A stretch of 64,000 nt of DNA, taken from the NCBI GenBank assembly GCA_017853205.1, contig JAFMKB010000006.1:6906-70905 (forward strand), in the 5' to 3' direction. The stretch is from Gammaproteobacteria bacterium. Its GTDB lineage: Bacteria > Pseudomonadota > Gammaproteobacteria > Pseudomonadales > Pseudohongiellaceae. Position numbers and translations under genes: made by a program. The notes beneath the pieces were generated by a model. That model was not told the DNA's origin. It ran no database searches and saw nothing but the letters and a program-made list of their open reading frames with translations. This document shows, piece by piece, positions 34,885 through 45,656 of this stretch. The first letter of the stretch is position 1. Each line of letters opens with the position of its first letter.

Positions 34885-37218
34885 TTGCCGGCAGAGGGCA
34901 GGGTGGTTTTGTTCGACTTAAGGAGTGCTAGCTTGTTGCAGCGCGAAAGAGCAGACAAACGGCTTTCGGATCATGCGTTTTTAGCGGAGCTGAAAACGAT
35001 CTACAAAGTGATTCGACAATTTGAAAGAATCGATCCCGCTTTAGATTCGGTTGGTGACGCGCTGAGAAAATTGTTAGGCGCGCGCGTACTTATTGTTTAT
35101 CTCTGTGTCGAGAATGATCGCAAGCTCAATGCGACTTATTGCGGAGTAGACCTTGAAGACAGCATCGGTGATGAGAGTCATGTTTTAAGAACTGCGACAT
35201 CGCTCGCCGACCATGTAGCTTTAACCCAACGTGCGGTATTGCTTCCCGACACCAATGATACTGAAGAGCTTTGCAGTATTCACCCGGAGCTTCGTTTCGA
35301 TGGGCAGTTGTGTGCTACACAAGGTTGGCCTGTTAGCTCGGCTATCGCCTTGCCGATTAAAGGCGTAATGCTGCTGGGTGTTTTGCAGTTGTTTCGTTTC
35401 GACGAGGATGCGCCATTCGACGGAATCGATCTCAAAAGAGCGGCGCTGATTAGCCAAATGCTTGCCCGCGAGTTTAACGATGAGCAGCAAAAAGAAACGG
35501 GTCCATTCGGCCAGTTAGTCGAAGAGGGAAGTCTTAGCAAGCAAGACCTTATGGAAGCCACGGCGTATGCGCGGCAGCATGGTGCATCTACAGCAAAGGT
35601 GTTAATGGATAATTATGGCCTTTCGGTTGCGAGGATTGGTCAATTGCTGGAGAGGTATTATCGCGTTCCTTTTGTGGTCTATGACCCCAAGCTAACGCTG
35701 CCCTCTTCTTTGCTAAGCAACATAAGCAGAAGCTATTTACGCAAGAACCTCTGGCTGCCCATCGGTAGACATAAAAGCACTGTGGTGATTCTTATCGACG
35801 ATCCTTTAGATCACCAGCGGGTAAGAGAGATCCACAGCGTTCTTAATGTTCAGCACTGCACGTTAAAAGTTGGCTTGCCTGAACATATTCTGCTCTTCCT
35901 AAGCGATGACTCGACTACCGATGCCGACACGGGCTTCGAGGACCTGTTCTCAGTTCTCGCGTCTCAGCGAAGGGCTGTGCAGCCAGAGAGTGAAGCCGAA
36001 GACGACTATGGGGCCGAAGCCTCGGGCATGATTCAGCTTATTAATAGGATAATCGCCGAAGCCGACAGACTTGGCGCGTCCGATATTCATATCGAGCCCA
36101 GCAGGGAAGGAGAATCCGGGACTGTACGGATTCGTGTCGATGGTCTTTGCCGCCGCCTGTTAGAGATCCCAGAGGAGCACTGTTCGGCCGCGATTGCCCG
36201 CGTCAAAGTGATATCGCGCTTAAATATTGCTGAAAGACGGCTTCCTCAAGATGGCAAATGCAAATTAAAACTTGCCGGTCGCACTGTAGAGATGCGTGTT
36301 GCGACGCTGCCTACGGTCTATGGCGAGAGCGTGGTTATGCGGTTATTGACACCGGGGACGCCCATGCAGCTTGAGAACTTGAGTTTGAGTCTTGCGAATC
36401 AGCGCGCAATCATGAAAATTGCGACGCAGCCTCACGGGCTTTTCTTAGTGGTTGGTCCAACAGGCTCTGGTAAAACGACAACATTGCATGCAGTGCTGAG
36501 CAAGCTCAATGTTCCTGAAAGGAAAATTTGGACTGCTGAGGACCCTGTAGAGATAACGCAAGACGGTCTGCAGCAAGTGCAGGTGCAATCTAACATTAAT
36601 TTTACGTTCGCCATGGCTATGCGGGCATTTCTCAGAGCAGATCCTGACGTCATCTTGATCGGTGAAATGAGAGATAGGGAAACGGCCAATATTGGTATTG
36701 AAGCCTCGCTTACTGGGCATCTCGTTCTGTCGACTCTGCACACTAATTCGGCGGCGGAAACCATTACACGGCTATTGGATCTCGGTCTCGACCCGATCAA
36801 TTTCTCCGATGCGCTGCTCGGTGTTTTGGCTCAGCGGCTTATACGAACTCTGTGCTCAAAGTGTAAGCAGCCTTATGAACCAGACGAGGAGGAAAAGCAG
36901 CGATTGCGCCACTTTTATGGCGAGAAAGCGTTTGTTGAGCAGGGTCTTGACGTCAAGGAGTGGAAACTTTGCAGAGCTGTTGGTTGCACTGAATGCGGCA
37001 GTACAGGGTACAAGGGGAGGCTGGCGATTCATGAAATGCTGATTTGTGGAAGTCGGCTGCGGAACCTAATCAACAGGCGCGCAGGTCTCGATGAGCTACG
37101 CGATCAAGCGGTTAAAGAGGGCATGCGAACCATGCGCCAAGATGGAATAGAAAAAATAGTGTCTGGGTACAGTGACTACAGCCAGCTTATCCAGGTAGTT
37201 GGCGTTGGGTTGGGTTAA
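34885..37218 (+). CDS. GspE/PulE/PilB-family secretion ATPase with N-terminal GAF-like and T2SSE_N (MshEN-like) domains
   Basis: Walker A GPTGSGKTTT, Asp/His boxes (ILIGEMRD, LVLSTLHTN) and a C-terminal tetra-Cys (CSKC..CTEC). The likely start is the TTG at 34933, 7 nt after AGGAG, and no in-frame ATG occurs in the first ~160 codons. Confidence 0.85.
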   Translation: MPAEGRVVLFDLRSASLLQRERADKRLSDHAFLAELKTIYKVIRQFERIDPALDSVGDALRKLLGARVLIVYLCVENDRKLNATYCGVDLEDSIGDESHVLRTATSLADHVALTQRAVLLPDTNDTEELCSIHPELRFDGQLCATQGWPVSSAIALPIKGVMLLGVLQLFRFDEDAPFDGIDLKRAALISQMLAREFNDEQQKETGPFGQLVEEGSLSKQDLMEATAYARQHGASTAKVLMDNYGLSVARIGQLLERYYRVPFVVYDPKLTLPSSLLSNISRSYLRKNLWLPIGRHKSTVVILIDDPLDHQRVREIHSVLNVQHCTLKVGLPEHILLFLSDDSTTDADTGFEDLFSVLASQRRAVQPESEAEDDYGAEASGMIQLINRIIAEADRLGASDIHIEPSREGESGTVRIRVDGLCRRLLEIPEEHCSAAIARVKVISRLNIAERRLPQDGKCKLKLAGRTVEMRVATLPTVYGESVVMRLLTPGTPMQLENLSLSLANQRAIMKIATQPHGLFLVVGPTGSGKTTTLHAVLSKLNVPERKIWTAEDPVEITQDGLQQVQVQSNINFTFAMAMRAFLRADPDVILIGEMRDRETANIGIEASLTGHLVLSTLHTNSAAETITRLLDLGLDPINFSDALLGVLAQRLIRTLCSKCKQPYEPDEEEKQRLRHFYGEKAFVEQGLDVKEWKLCRAVGCTECGSTGYKGRLAIHEMLICGSRLRNLINRRAGLDELRDQAVKEGMRTMRQDGIEKIVSGYSDYSQLIQVVGVGLG

Positions 37219-37234
37219 ATGAGCGGCGGCAACG

Positions 37235-37786
37235 CTAGCGTGACAGGGCGCCCGAGAGTACCGAAAACTCTGTCACAAGCAATTCATTGTCGCTGAGCAC
37301 GTAGTCTACACTGATTTGCGCAGGGCCTGTTTCGAACGTAACGCGCGCCTCATAACTTGCGCGAGTATTTCCGCCTCCGAGGTTTAATAAAGGACGGGTT
37401 ATCGTGCTGCTTAGGGCATCGATGCTTGCCAATTTGCCTAATCTAAGGCGTAGCGAGTAAATCGTTCTCGGCCACTCGAGTTCGCTCGTGGTGATAAATA
37501 GATCAGGATGCGCAAAGAGCAGAAGGCTCGACGTCTTGTCGGCCGCGAATACGTCCTGAATGAGGTTTAGCGTTCGCGCATCAGCCTCCTTACTCACCGA
37601 CCAACGGGAAAAAATAGCGTTTAGGAAAACTGCGAGAATGGCTGCTAGCGCGACTAGCGCAACGAGACGCAGCGCGAGAGAATTTTTGTAAGAGTAAAAT
37701 AGGGGTGTCATAGCCGTGGTGCCAATGGCGAGGTTGGCAGGCATTGTCGCACAGACGGTTTTAGGATTGCAGCGTGAATACGACAA
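37235..37786 (-). CDS. Hypothetical membrane-anchored protein
   Basis: 183 aa with a single TM (LRLVALVALAAILAVFLNAIF) and a ~120-aa extracytoplasmic domain. No recognised family. Confidence 0.45.
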   Translation of the reverse strand: MSYSRCNPKTVCATMPANLAIGTTAMTPLFYSYKNSLALRLVALVALAAILAVFLNAIFSRWSVSKEADARTLNLIQDVFAADKTSSLLLFAHPDLFITTSELEWPRTIYSLRLRLGKLASIDALSSTITRPLLNLGGGNTRASYEARVTFETGPAQISVDYVLSDNELLVTEFSVLSGALSR

Positions 37787-37828
37787 GCATGCCGGAACGA
37801 ACGGTTTCTATTTTCGGAAAAAACCATA

Positions 37829-37977
37829 AAAATCAATGAGTAGCGACTTAATTGCTTGTCGAAGGCGCGTTAACCTCGTAATTTTATGCACATGCGCTAC
37901 ATTTGCGTCACAAAACACTGTTTTTTTCGGTGTTTAGTTGAATAGTCGGTAAATTTTTGACTTAACTCATTGATTTT
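37829..37977. repeat. Perfect 13-bp inverted repeat AAAATCAATGAGT / ACTCATTGATTTT separated by 123 bp
   Basis: Read directly at 37829-37841 and 37965-37977. GACTTAA is adjacent to both copies and a third AATCAAT lies at ~38006. Confidence 0.9.
37884..37892 (+). promoter_or_regulatory. DnaA-box-like 9-mer TTATGCACA
   Basis: Fits the relaxed DnaA box TTATNCACA and lies in the AT-rich spacer. Confidence 0.3.
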
Positions 37978-38072
37978 AATGAAATTTATAAGATGGTTAA
38001 AAATTAATCAATTTAAGCAAAAAAGCGCGTATTTAGCGCCTTTTGAGCGCTTTTTTCATTTTACCCCCAGAG

Positions 38073-38095
38073 TTATCCACAGTTTCTGTGGAAAA
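38073..38095. promoter_or_regulatory. Converging pair of DnaA-box-like sites: TTATCCACA (perfect consensus) and TGTGGAAAA (complement TTTTCCACA)
   Basis: Read directly: TTATCCACA at 38073-38081 and TGTGGAAAA at 38087-38095, separated by 5 bp. Confidence 0.4.
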
Positions 38096-38264
38096 AGCGG
38101 TTGCTTTTGCATATTCTGAAAATATACTTAAAAACATGAAGTTAAGGCAAGAATGTCTAGAATCAGTTAGGTCTTGACGCTAACTTTCTCTTTTAGGCTT
38201 TCTCTATTGCATGCTATCGATCGATATATACCCCTAGGCATTTGTGATATCTTAGCGTCAGTTT

Positions 38265-39014
38265 TTGGCGATCGCTGCACACGTGCACATTGACTCACTG
38301 GTCACTTTTTCTCGCCATCCGTTTCTAGGCAGACTCGCAAGGCACCTTCGTTTTATGATCGAACTCAACGCCGAAATTCCGTTTCTTTGGAGGCTAAGTC
38401 CCGAGAGTAGTGAAGGCTACTGCTCTGTCTCTCTCGTGGTGCCTCGACCGCCAGAGAACGAAGTGCCAGACCTCACTATCGAAACCACGATACTGAGTTT
38501 GGCATCGGACAGTTTGCGCTCTGAGCAAGAAGAGACGCTCGAATGGAACGAAGAAGACATTAGCCTCTTCCTGCGCCTGCTCAGCCAGAAAAAGCCAAAA
38601 GCAGAACTCGAATCGGTCCCGCCAGAGGGGCGAACTTTGCGGGTTGATCTCTCGGACCCCGACGTCATCGAAATTATTAATATTGTTGCAGCGGCGGGTT
38701 TTGGCGTGGCATTCACCTCTACTGGCCTGCTCAGATCGCCATCCGCGCTCTTGCCGGCTTATCGATTTGATATCGGATCAAAAGCCTCGCTCAATACGAT
38801 AGTCGGCTTTAAGCAAGCGATTGTTGTCGATGTTGATGATGACGACGTGGTGTGTGTCTTGACAGAGGAAATTGATGTACAGGCCATAGATTCAGCCGCA
38901 GAGGAGTATGACAAACTCCTGCCGAACGATTTGCTCCTCGTTCAGCGGGCCGACATTCTTCACGCTGATTATTCGGAATCTCGAGAGATTCCTAGCGCAG
39001 CGGTGCTGCACTAG
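38265..39014 (+). CDS. Hypothetical acidic protein
   Basis: 249-aa ORF (TTG start in the track; an ATG alternative lies at ~38355, MIELNAE). It is Asp/Glu-rich (VVDVDDDDVV) and matches no family I recognise. Confidence 0.45.
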   Translation: MAIAAHVHIDSLVTFSRHPFLGRLARHLRFMIELNAEIPFLWRLSPESSEGYCSVSLVVPRPPENEVPDLTIETTILSLASDSLRSEQEETLEWNEEDISLFLRLLSQKKPKAELESVPPEGRTLRVDLSDPDVIEIINIVAAAGFGVAFTSTGLLRSPSALLPAYRFDIGSKASLNTIVGFKQAIVVDVDDDDVVCVLTEEIDVQAIDSAAEEYDKLLPNDLLLVQRADILHADYSESREIPSAAVLH

Positions 39015-39027
39015 ATTTTACCCGAGG

Positions 39028-40188
39028 TTACGCCCGTTGATTAAAGCGTCGGCCAACGAGCGCGGCGGTGATATTCACTTTCTGAATATCAATGGCACCG
39101 CCTGCGATCCCCCATCCCCAAGAATCTCGGAGCTTTTGCTCCAACGGGAACTCCTTTGAATAGCCATAGCCTCCCATGAGCTGCATCGCTTTGCCGGTAA
39201 CCTCGCGAGCGGTTTCGTTGGCGAAGCATTTCGCGACGGAACTCTCTGCAATTGATGGCAGTCCGCTTTCGGCATTGATAACGGCGCGATAGAGCAGCAG
39301 TCTCGCCGCTTCGAGTTTCATCTTCATTTCGGCGATCTGAATTTGTACGCCCTGAAAATCAACGAGTGGCTTGCCGAACTGCCGGCGCTCTTGAACATAC
39401 GCCAACACATAATCGAACGCTGACTGTGCGGTTGCAAGTGACATCGTTGTATTACCGCAGCGTTCTAGGTCGAAGGCATCCATTAGCTTGCCGAAGCCGC
39501 CTGCAGGCACGAGGATATCTGCTTCGCTGACTTCGACATCGTCGAAATACATGTCCGCGCTGTACACGCCGCGAAAGCCCATGTGGTGATCGCGTTTGCC
39601 AAAGGTAAAGCCCGCACTGCCTTTTTCGACGAGCACTGCGCCGATAGCTTTGGCGCCGGGGCTATCGTCCATGCGGCAGTAAACAACATAGGCTTCTGAG
39701 TGGCCAGCTCCTGAGCTCCAGCGTTTGTTTCCGCTCAGCAGTAGCTTGTCGCCTTCTCGGCGTACCTGCGTCTTTAGGTCGGTTAGCGCCGAACCCGCAT
39801 CGGGCTCTGACATTGAGACCGCGACAACCATTTCGCCAGCGCAGACTTTCGGCAATACTCGCTGCTTCATCGCGTCGCTACCGAAGTGCGCGATGGCGAG
39901 TGTCGGGCCAAAACAGGATTCGAAAATAGGGAATGCCACGGCGATGGAAATCTTGGCGATTTCCTCAAGGACTAACACCGCATCGAAATGCGACAGGCCA
40001 CCGCCACCGTATTCGCTCGGTAAGTTGACGCCAAGGTAGCCGAGTTCACCAAAGCGTTTTCGAAGCTCGAGGCTCGGCGGTTCATCATTGAGCTCTATTT
40101 CGCGAGCAAGCTCGGGGAGCTCGCGCTGCGCAAACTGCCGAACTGATTCTTGGAGCGCACGTTGTTCCTCGTTTAGGGTGAAATCCAT
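39028..40188 (-). CDS. Acyl-CoA dehydrogenase
   Basis: MDFTLNEEQ..; ACAD N, middle and C-terminal domain pattern. The catalytic-base region is YEGGAIDIQ-like (IAGGAIDIQ). Confidence 0.9.
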   Translation of the reverse strand: MDFTLNEEQRALQESVRQFAQRELPELAREIELNDEPPSLELRKRFGELGYLGVNLPSEYGGGGLSHFDAVLVLEEIAKISIAVAFPIFESCFGPTLAIAHFGSDAMKQRVLPKVCAGEMVVAVSMSEPDAGSALTDLKTQVRREGDKLLLSGNKRWSSGAGHSEAYVVYCRMDDSPGAKAIGAVLVEKGSAGFTFGKRDHHMGFRGVYSADMYFDDVEVSEADILVPAGGFGKLMDAFDLERCGNTTMSLATAQSAFDYVLAYVQERRQFGKPLVDFQGVQIQIAEMKMKLEAARLLLYRAVINAESGLPSIAESSVAKCFANETAREVTGKAMQLMGGYGYSKEFPLEQKLRDSWGWGIAGGAIDIQKVNITAALVGRRFNQRA

Positions 40189-40369
40189 GTTGTTACCTGT
40201 GTAACCGGTTTTGGGTTGAAATCGTTAAACCCGAGTGTAGGTGAACTCACGCGAGGATTGTAGTCAGTAATTTGATACCATGCGTCCCTCACGCGGGTCA
40301 GTGCCTTTTCAAGCCTAGTTCCCGCAGCTTCTCTGATTAAGAAATAGTCGCACTTAGGATTCATCAGGT

Positions 40370-41956
40370 ATGGGTGTTAGCAATTTAGCCAACGAAATTA
40401 ATAAACGGCGGACTTTTGCCATCATCTCGCACCCCGATGCAGGTAAAACCACAATCACCGAGAAACTTATCCTTCTCGGTAATCTCATCCAGGTTGCAGG
40501 GTCGGTTAAGGGAAAGAAGACCGAGAAGCATGCGACCTCCGATTGGATGGCGATGGAGCAGCAGCGCGGCATTTCGGTAACCTCCTCTGTTATGCAGTTT
40601 CCCTACAAAGACCGTATCGTTAATCTCCTCGACACGCCCGGCCACGAGGACTTCTCGGAGGACACCTACCGAGTCTTAACCGCGGTTGATTCGGCGTTAA
40701 TGATCGTCGATGGCGCAAAGGGTGTTGAAGAGAGAACAATCAAGCTCATGGAAGTTTGTAGGCTTCGCGACACTCCTATATTCACCTTCGTGAACAAACT
40801 CGACCGCGATATTCGCGAGGCGATCGACGTGCTCGATGAGATTGAGACAGTGTTACAAATTAAGTGTGCGCCGATTAACTGGCCCCTCGGTATGGGTAAA
40901 CAATTTAAGGGCGTTTACAACCTGTATAAAGACACTATCCACGTATACAGACACGGGCAGGGCAGTCAGCTGCACGAAGTTGAAGTGATCGAAGGCATAG
41001 ACAGCGACGCAGCGAAAACGCTTCTAGGTAGTTACCGAGACGATTTCCGCGACGAAATTGAGCTGGTGCGCGGCGCGAGCAACGACTTCGATCTGGACGC
41101 CTATTTGCGTGGCGAGTTGACGCCAGTTTATTTCGGCACTGCTCTGGGTAATTTCGGTGTTAAAGAAATGCTCGATGACTTCGTTGAGTATGCTCCTGCG
41201 CCGCGGAGCCGCGAAACCCAGACTCGTGAGGTTGCAGCTATCGAGTCTGAGTTCACTGGGTTTGTGTTCAAGATTCAGGCAAACATGGATCCGAAGCATC
41301 GAGACCGAATCGCTTTCATGCGTCTTTGTTCTGGCGAGTACTCACGCAACATGAAGATGCGCCACTCGCGTCTTGGTAAAGATGTAAAAATTGCCGACGC
41401 GGTTACTTTTCTCGCGGGCGATCGTGAACAAGCAGAGTCCGCTGTGTCTGGCGATATCATCGGCTTACATAACCACGGCACTATTCAGATAGGCGATACT
41501 TTTACCGGTGGTGAAGACCTCAAATTTCTGGGAATACCACATTTCGCCCCCGAACTGTTCCGACGGATTCGCCTAAAAGACCCGCTCAAGATGAAGGCGC
41601 TGCAGAAAGGCCTACAGCAACTCTCGGAAGAGGGTTCTACGCAGTTGTTCACGCCGCTACGTAACAATGACCTGATCGTAGGCGCGGTGGGTGTTCTGCA
41701 GTTCGAGGTCGTCGCGTTTCGCTTAAAAGATGAATATAAGGTTGATGCAATCTATGAGCCGATTACCGTACAGTCGGCGCGCTGGGTCGATTGCCAGGAT
41801 GCAAGCAAACTCGCGGAATTCCGAAAAAAAGCCCACGATAATTTAGCTATCGACGGCGGCGGCTACCTCACCTACCTCGCACCCACGCGAGTGAATTTAA
41901 GCCTTATGGAAGAGCGTTGGCCCGACATTGAGTTCCGCGCGACTCGCGAGCACTAG
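40370..41956 (+). CDS. prfC: Peptide chain release factor 3
   Basis: [22 protein letters not shown]1 motif, DTPGHEDF and NKLDR, with full-length RF3-like sequence. Confidence 0.95.
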   Translation: MGVSNLANEINKRRTFAIISHPDAGKTTITEKLILLGNLIQVAGSVKGKKTEKHATSDWMAMEQQRGISVTSSVMQFPYKDRIVNLLDTPGHEDFSEDTYRVLTAVDSALMIVDGAKGVEERTIKLMEVCRLRDTPIFTFVNKLDRDIREAIDVLDEIETVLQIKCAPINWPLGMGKQFKGVYNLYKDTIHVYRHGQGSQLHEVEVIEGIDSDAAKTLLGSYRDDFRDEIELVRGASNDFDLDAYLRGELTPVYFGTALGNFGVKEMLDDFVEYAPAPRSRETQTREVAAIESEFTGFVFKIQANMDPKHRDRIAFMRLCSGEYSRNMKMRHSRLGKDVKIADAVTFLAGDREQAESAVSGDIIGLHNHGTIQIGDTFTGGEDLKFLGIPHFAPELFRRIRLKDPLKMKALQKGLQQLSEEGSTQLFTPLRNNDLIVGAVGVLQFEVVAFRLKDEYKVDAIYEPITVQSARWVDCQDASKLAEFRKKAHDNLAIDGGGYLTYLAPTRVNLSLMEERWPDIEFRATREH

Positions 41957-41986
41957 CCGCAGCAAACTGATCGAATGCATTGATAA

Positions 41987-43168
<1,182 letters not shown>

Positions 43169-43308
43169 GCCCGGAACAGTGGCCAAATGATTCAAGCAAA
43201 GAAGGGTTTTCTACCCAGCCCCAGCCTTGATATCGTTTCCGGCGCCTCCATTTGTGAGACAATGCGCCGCATACCGAACCGAATCAATTATTAAAGAGAG
43301 CACAGTAC

Positions 43309-43632
43309 ATGGATTTTTTGTTCCCAGTAGCCTACGCCCAAGAACCCGGCCAGCCTTCGCTTACCTTCAATCTCATCTTGTTTGGCGGGATGTTCCTCCT
43401 GTTCTGGCTGTTGATTCTGCGTCCCCAGTCTAAGCGCGCAAAGGAGCATCGCGATTTGGTATCCAGCATAGGCAAGGGCGATGAGGTGTTAACCTCAGGA
43501 GGTCTTTTGGGCAAAGTGGTGCGCGTGAGCGAAGATTACCTCGCTGTCGATGTCGGCACTGGTCTTGAGGTCAAAATACAAAAGGCGGCGATCGCTGCTG
43601 TATTGCCTAAGGGTACGCTGGCGAAGATCTAG
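43309..43632 (+). CDS. yajC: Preprotein translocase subunit YajC
   Basis: 107 aa with a single TM, then RPQSKRAKEH and GDEV.T.GG..G motifs. Canonical position between tgt and secD. Confidence 0.9.
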   Translation: MDFLFPVAYAQEPGQPSLTFNLILFGGMFLLFWLLILRPQSKRAKEHRDLVSSIGKGDEVLTSGGLLGKVVRVSEDYLAVDVGTGLEVKIQKAAIAAVLPKGTLAKI

Positions 43633-43739
43633 TCTACTCGCAGGAGCGCGCCGTGAGGATCTCGGTGCGTTCCTCTAAGTTACGCGTGTTAGCTCACGCG
43701 TGTTGAAATCGTTAACCTTTCAATCTGCAGAGCCCACTT

Positions 43740-45623
43740 ATGCTCAATCGATATCCTGCGTGGAAGAACGCGCTAATATTCCTCGTCGTTCTATTGGGCT
43801 TGCTCTATTCGGTGCCTAACCTCTATCCCGACGATGAGGCGATCCAGATTAGTAGCGAGATGTCGCCGCTAACAGAATTTGATATCGAGAGGGCGACAAC
43901 GGCCTTGGAAGCTGCGCAGCTGAATTTTTTTGGTGCGGCGATCAACGATGAAAGCCTGCTAGTGAGACTCGACTCTGTGGAGGATCAGCTGCGGGCGAAG
44001 ACAGCGCTAGAGAATGCATTTGGACCCGACTACATCGTCGCTCTGAATCTAGCGCCGACGACGCCCAGTTGGATGCAGTCTATCGGTGCAGGAAAAATGA
44101 ATCTGGGCCTCGATCTCCAAGGGGGGGTTCATTTCCTTATGGAAGTCGACATGGACGCGGCCATTCAGCGGCGCATGGAAGATAACCTGAGCAACGTAAG
44201 GTCGATACTGCGCGAAGAGCGGATCCGTTCGCGAGGGCTGACCCTGGTTGATAGCACTCACCTCGAAATCCGTTTCGCGACTTCAGACGATCGATCGGCT
44301 GCGCGCTCGGCGCTGATCACGAATTTCCCCGAGCTCCAGCTACAGAATAGTGAGTCGGGCGATTTCTTCGTGCTCGATATGCGCATGACAGAGGATGTTA
44401 TCCTTCAAATCCAGCGCGATACGCTACAAGCGAACCGCACGACGCTAATCAATCGAGTCGATGCGCTCGGCGTGTCCGAACCTACCGTCCAGCAGCAAGG
44501 TGCAAACCGCATAGTGGTTGAACTCCCCGGCGTGCAGGATCCCGCGCAGGCCATCCGAATACTGCAACGCATTGCGACGCTCGAATTCCACTTGGAGGCC
44601 GAGTTGGGCGCTTCAAGCCTGTCCTATGAAACCTTCGACTATCAGGGTCAATCGATTAACGTCAACAATGATGTGATTCTGCAGGGCGATCGCATAAGCA
44701 ACGTGCGTTCCTCACTTGATCAAAATGGATTGCCGCAGGTGCAAATCAGTCTTGATGCACAGGGCGGCAATCAGATTAACCGCGTTACTCGGGACAATGT
44801 CGGTCGGTTAATGGACATTCTTCTTATCGAGACGAAGTCGCGCACTAATACGACTATTGATGCGGAAGGCAATGAAGTCGACGAAGTTGAATTTTATGAA
44901 GAGAAACGGCTCATAAGCCATGCGCGGATTAATTCGGCGCTCGGTCGTCAGTTCGTGATTACCGGGTTGACCTCTCGCGAAGCTAATGATTTGTCTCTTC
45001 TGATTAGTTCCGGCTCACTTGCCGCGCCTATGACCATTGTCGAACAGTCAGTCATAGGCCCTTCGATGGGGCAGGAGAATCTCGACCAGGGTATACGCGG
45101 GGTTCAGGTGGCCGCAGCACTGGTGATTCTATTCATGCTGTTCTACTACCGCGTGTTTGGCTTGGCTGCGAACATCGCACTCGTCATGAATATACTCCTT
45201 ATTTTCGCGGTGATGTCTTCGATAATTCCTGCCACGCTGACGCTGCCTGGCATCGTAGGGATTGTGCTCACAGTGGGTATGGCGGTCGATGCCAATGTGC
45301 TGATCTTTACCCGCATACGCGAAGAAATCGCTGAAGGGTCATCGCCGCAGCGCGCGATCGATGCGGGTTATGATCGGGCTTTCACGACCATTCTCGATGC
45401 CAATTTAACCACTTTTCTTGTTGCGATGGTGTTGTTCACGATCGGTTCAGGCCCAGTAAAGGGCTTCGCGATCACGCTGATGATCGGGATCATTACCTCC
45501 ATGTTCACGGCGATTGTCGGTACTCGTGCTCTGATTAATCTGATTTACGGTGGACGCAAAGTTGAGTCCCTATCGATCGGAACGATTCCTCCACACACCG
45601 AAGCGCTAGTGACAGAAGACTAA
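43740..45623 (+). CDS. secD: Protein translocase subunit SecD
   Basis: MLNRYPAWKN.., LGLDLQGGVHF and a C-terminal 6-TM domain. Confidence 0.95.
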   Translation: MLNRYPAWKNALIFLVVLLGLLYSVPNLYPDDEAIQISSEMSPLTEFDIERATTALEAAQLNFFGAAINDESLLVRLDSVEDQLRAKTALENAFGPDYIVALNLAPTTPSWMQSIGAGKMNLGLDLQGGVHFLMEVDMDAAIQRRMEDNLSNVRSILREERIRSRGLTLVDSTHLEIRFATSDDRSAARSALITNFPELQLQNSESGDFFVLDMRMTEDVILQIQRDTLQANRTTLINRVDALGVSEPTVQQQGANRIVVELPGVQDPAQAIRILQRIATLEFHLEAELGASSLSYETFDYQGQSINVNNDVILQGDRISNVRSSLDQNGLPQVQISLDAQGGNQINRVTRDNVGRLMDILLIETKSRTNTTIDAEGNEVDEVEFYEEKRLISHARINSALGRQFVITGLTSREANDLSLLISSGSLAAPMTIVEQSVIGPSMGQENLDQGIRGVQVAAALVILFMLFYYRVFGLAANIALVMNILLIFAVMSSIIPATLTLPGIVGIVLTVGMAVDANVLIFTRIREEIAEGSSPQRAIDAGYDRAFTTILDANLTTFLVAMVLFTIGSGPVKGFAITLMIGIITSMFTAIVGTRALINLIYGGRKVESLSIGTIPPHTEALVTED

Positions 45624-45656
45624 GGCGCTCCTTGCGTCAATTACGGATAAGAAATT

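Noticed and set aside
37787-38264. AT-rich DnaA-box region as the chromosomal oriC
   Set aside because: There are only three box-like sites, no obvious array of AT-rich 13-mer unwinding repeats, and no dnaA/dnaN/rpmH or gidA/mioC context. It is kept as a finding for non-origin DnaA binding instead.
43681-43700. Hairpin ACGCGTG-TTAGCT-CACGCGT between yajC and secD
   Set aside because: The stem is short and has no following U-tract. yajC-secDF is normally co-transcribed, so it is at most a minor RNA structure.
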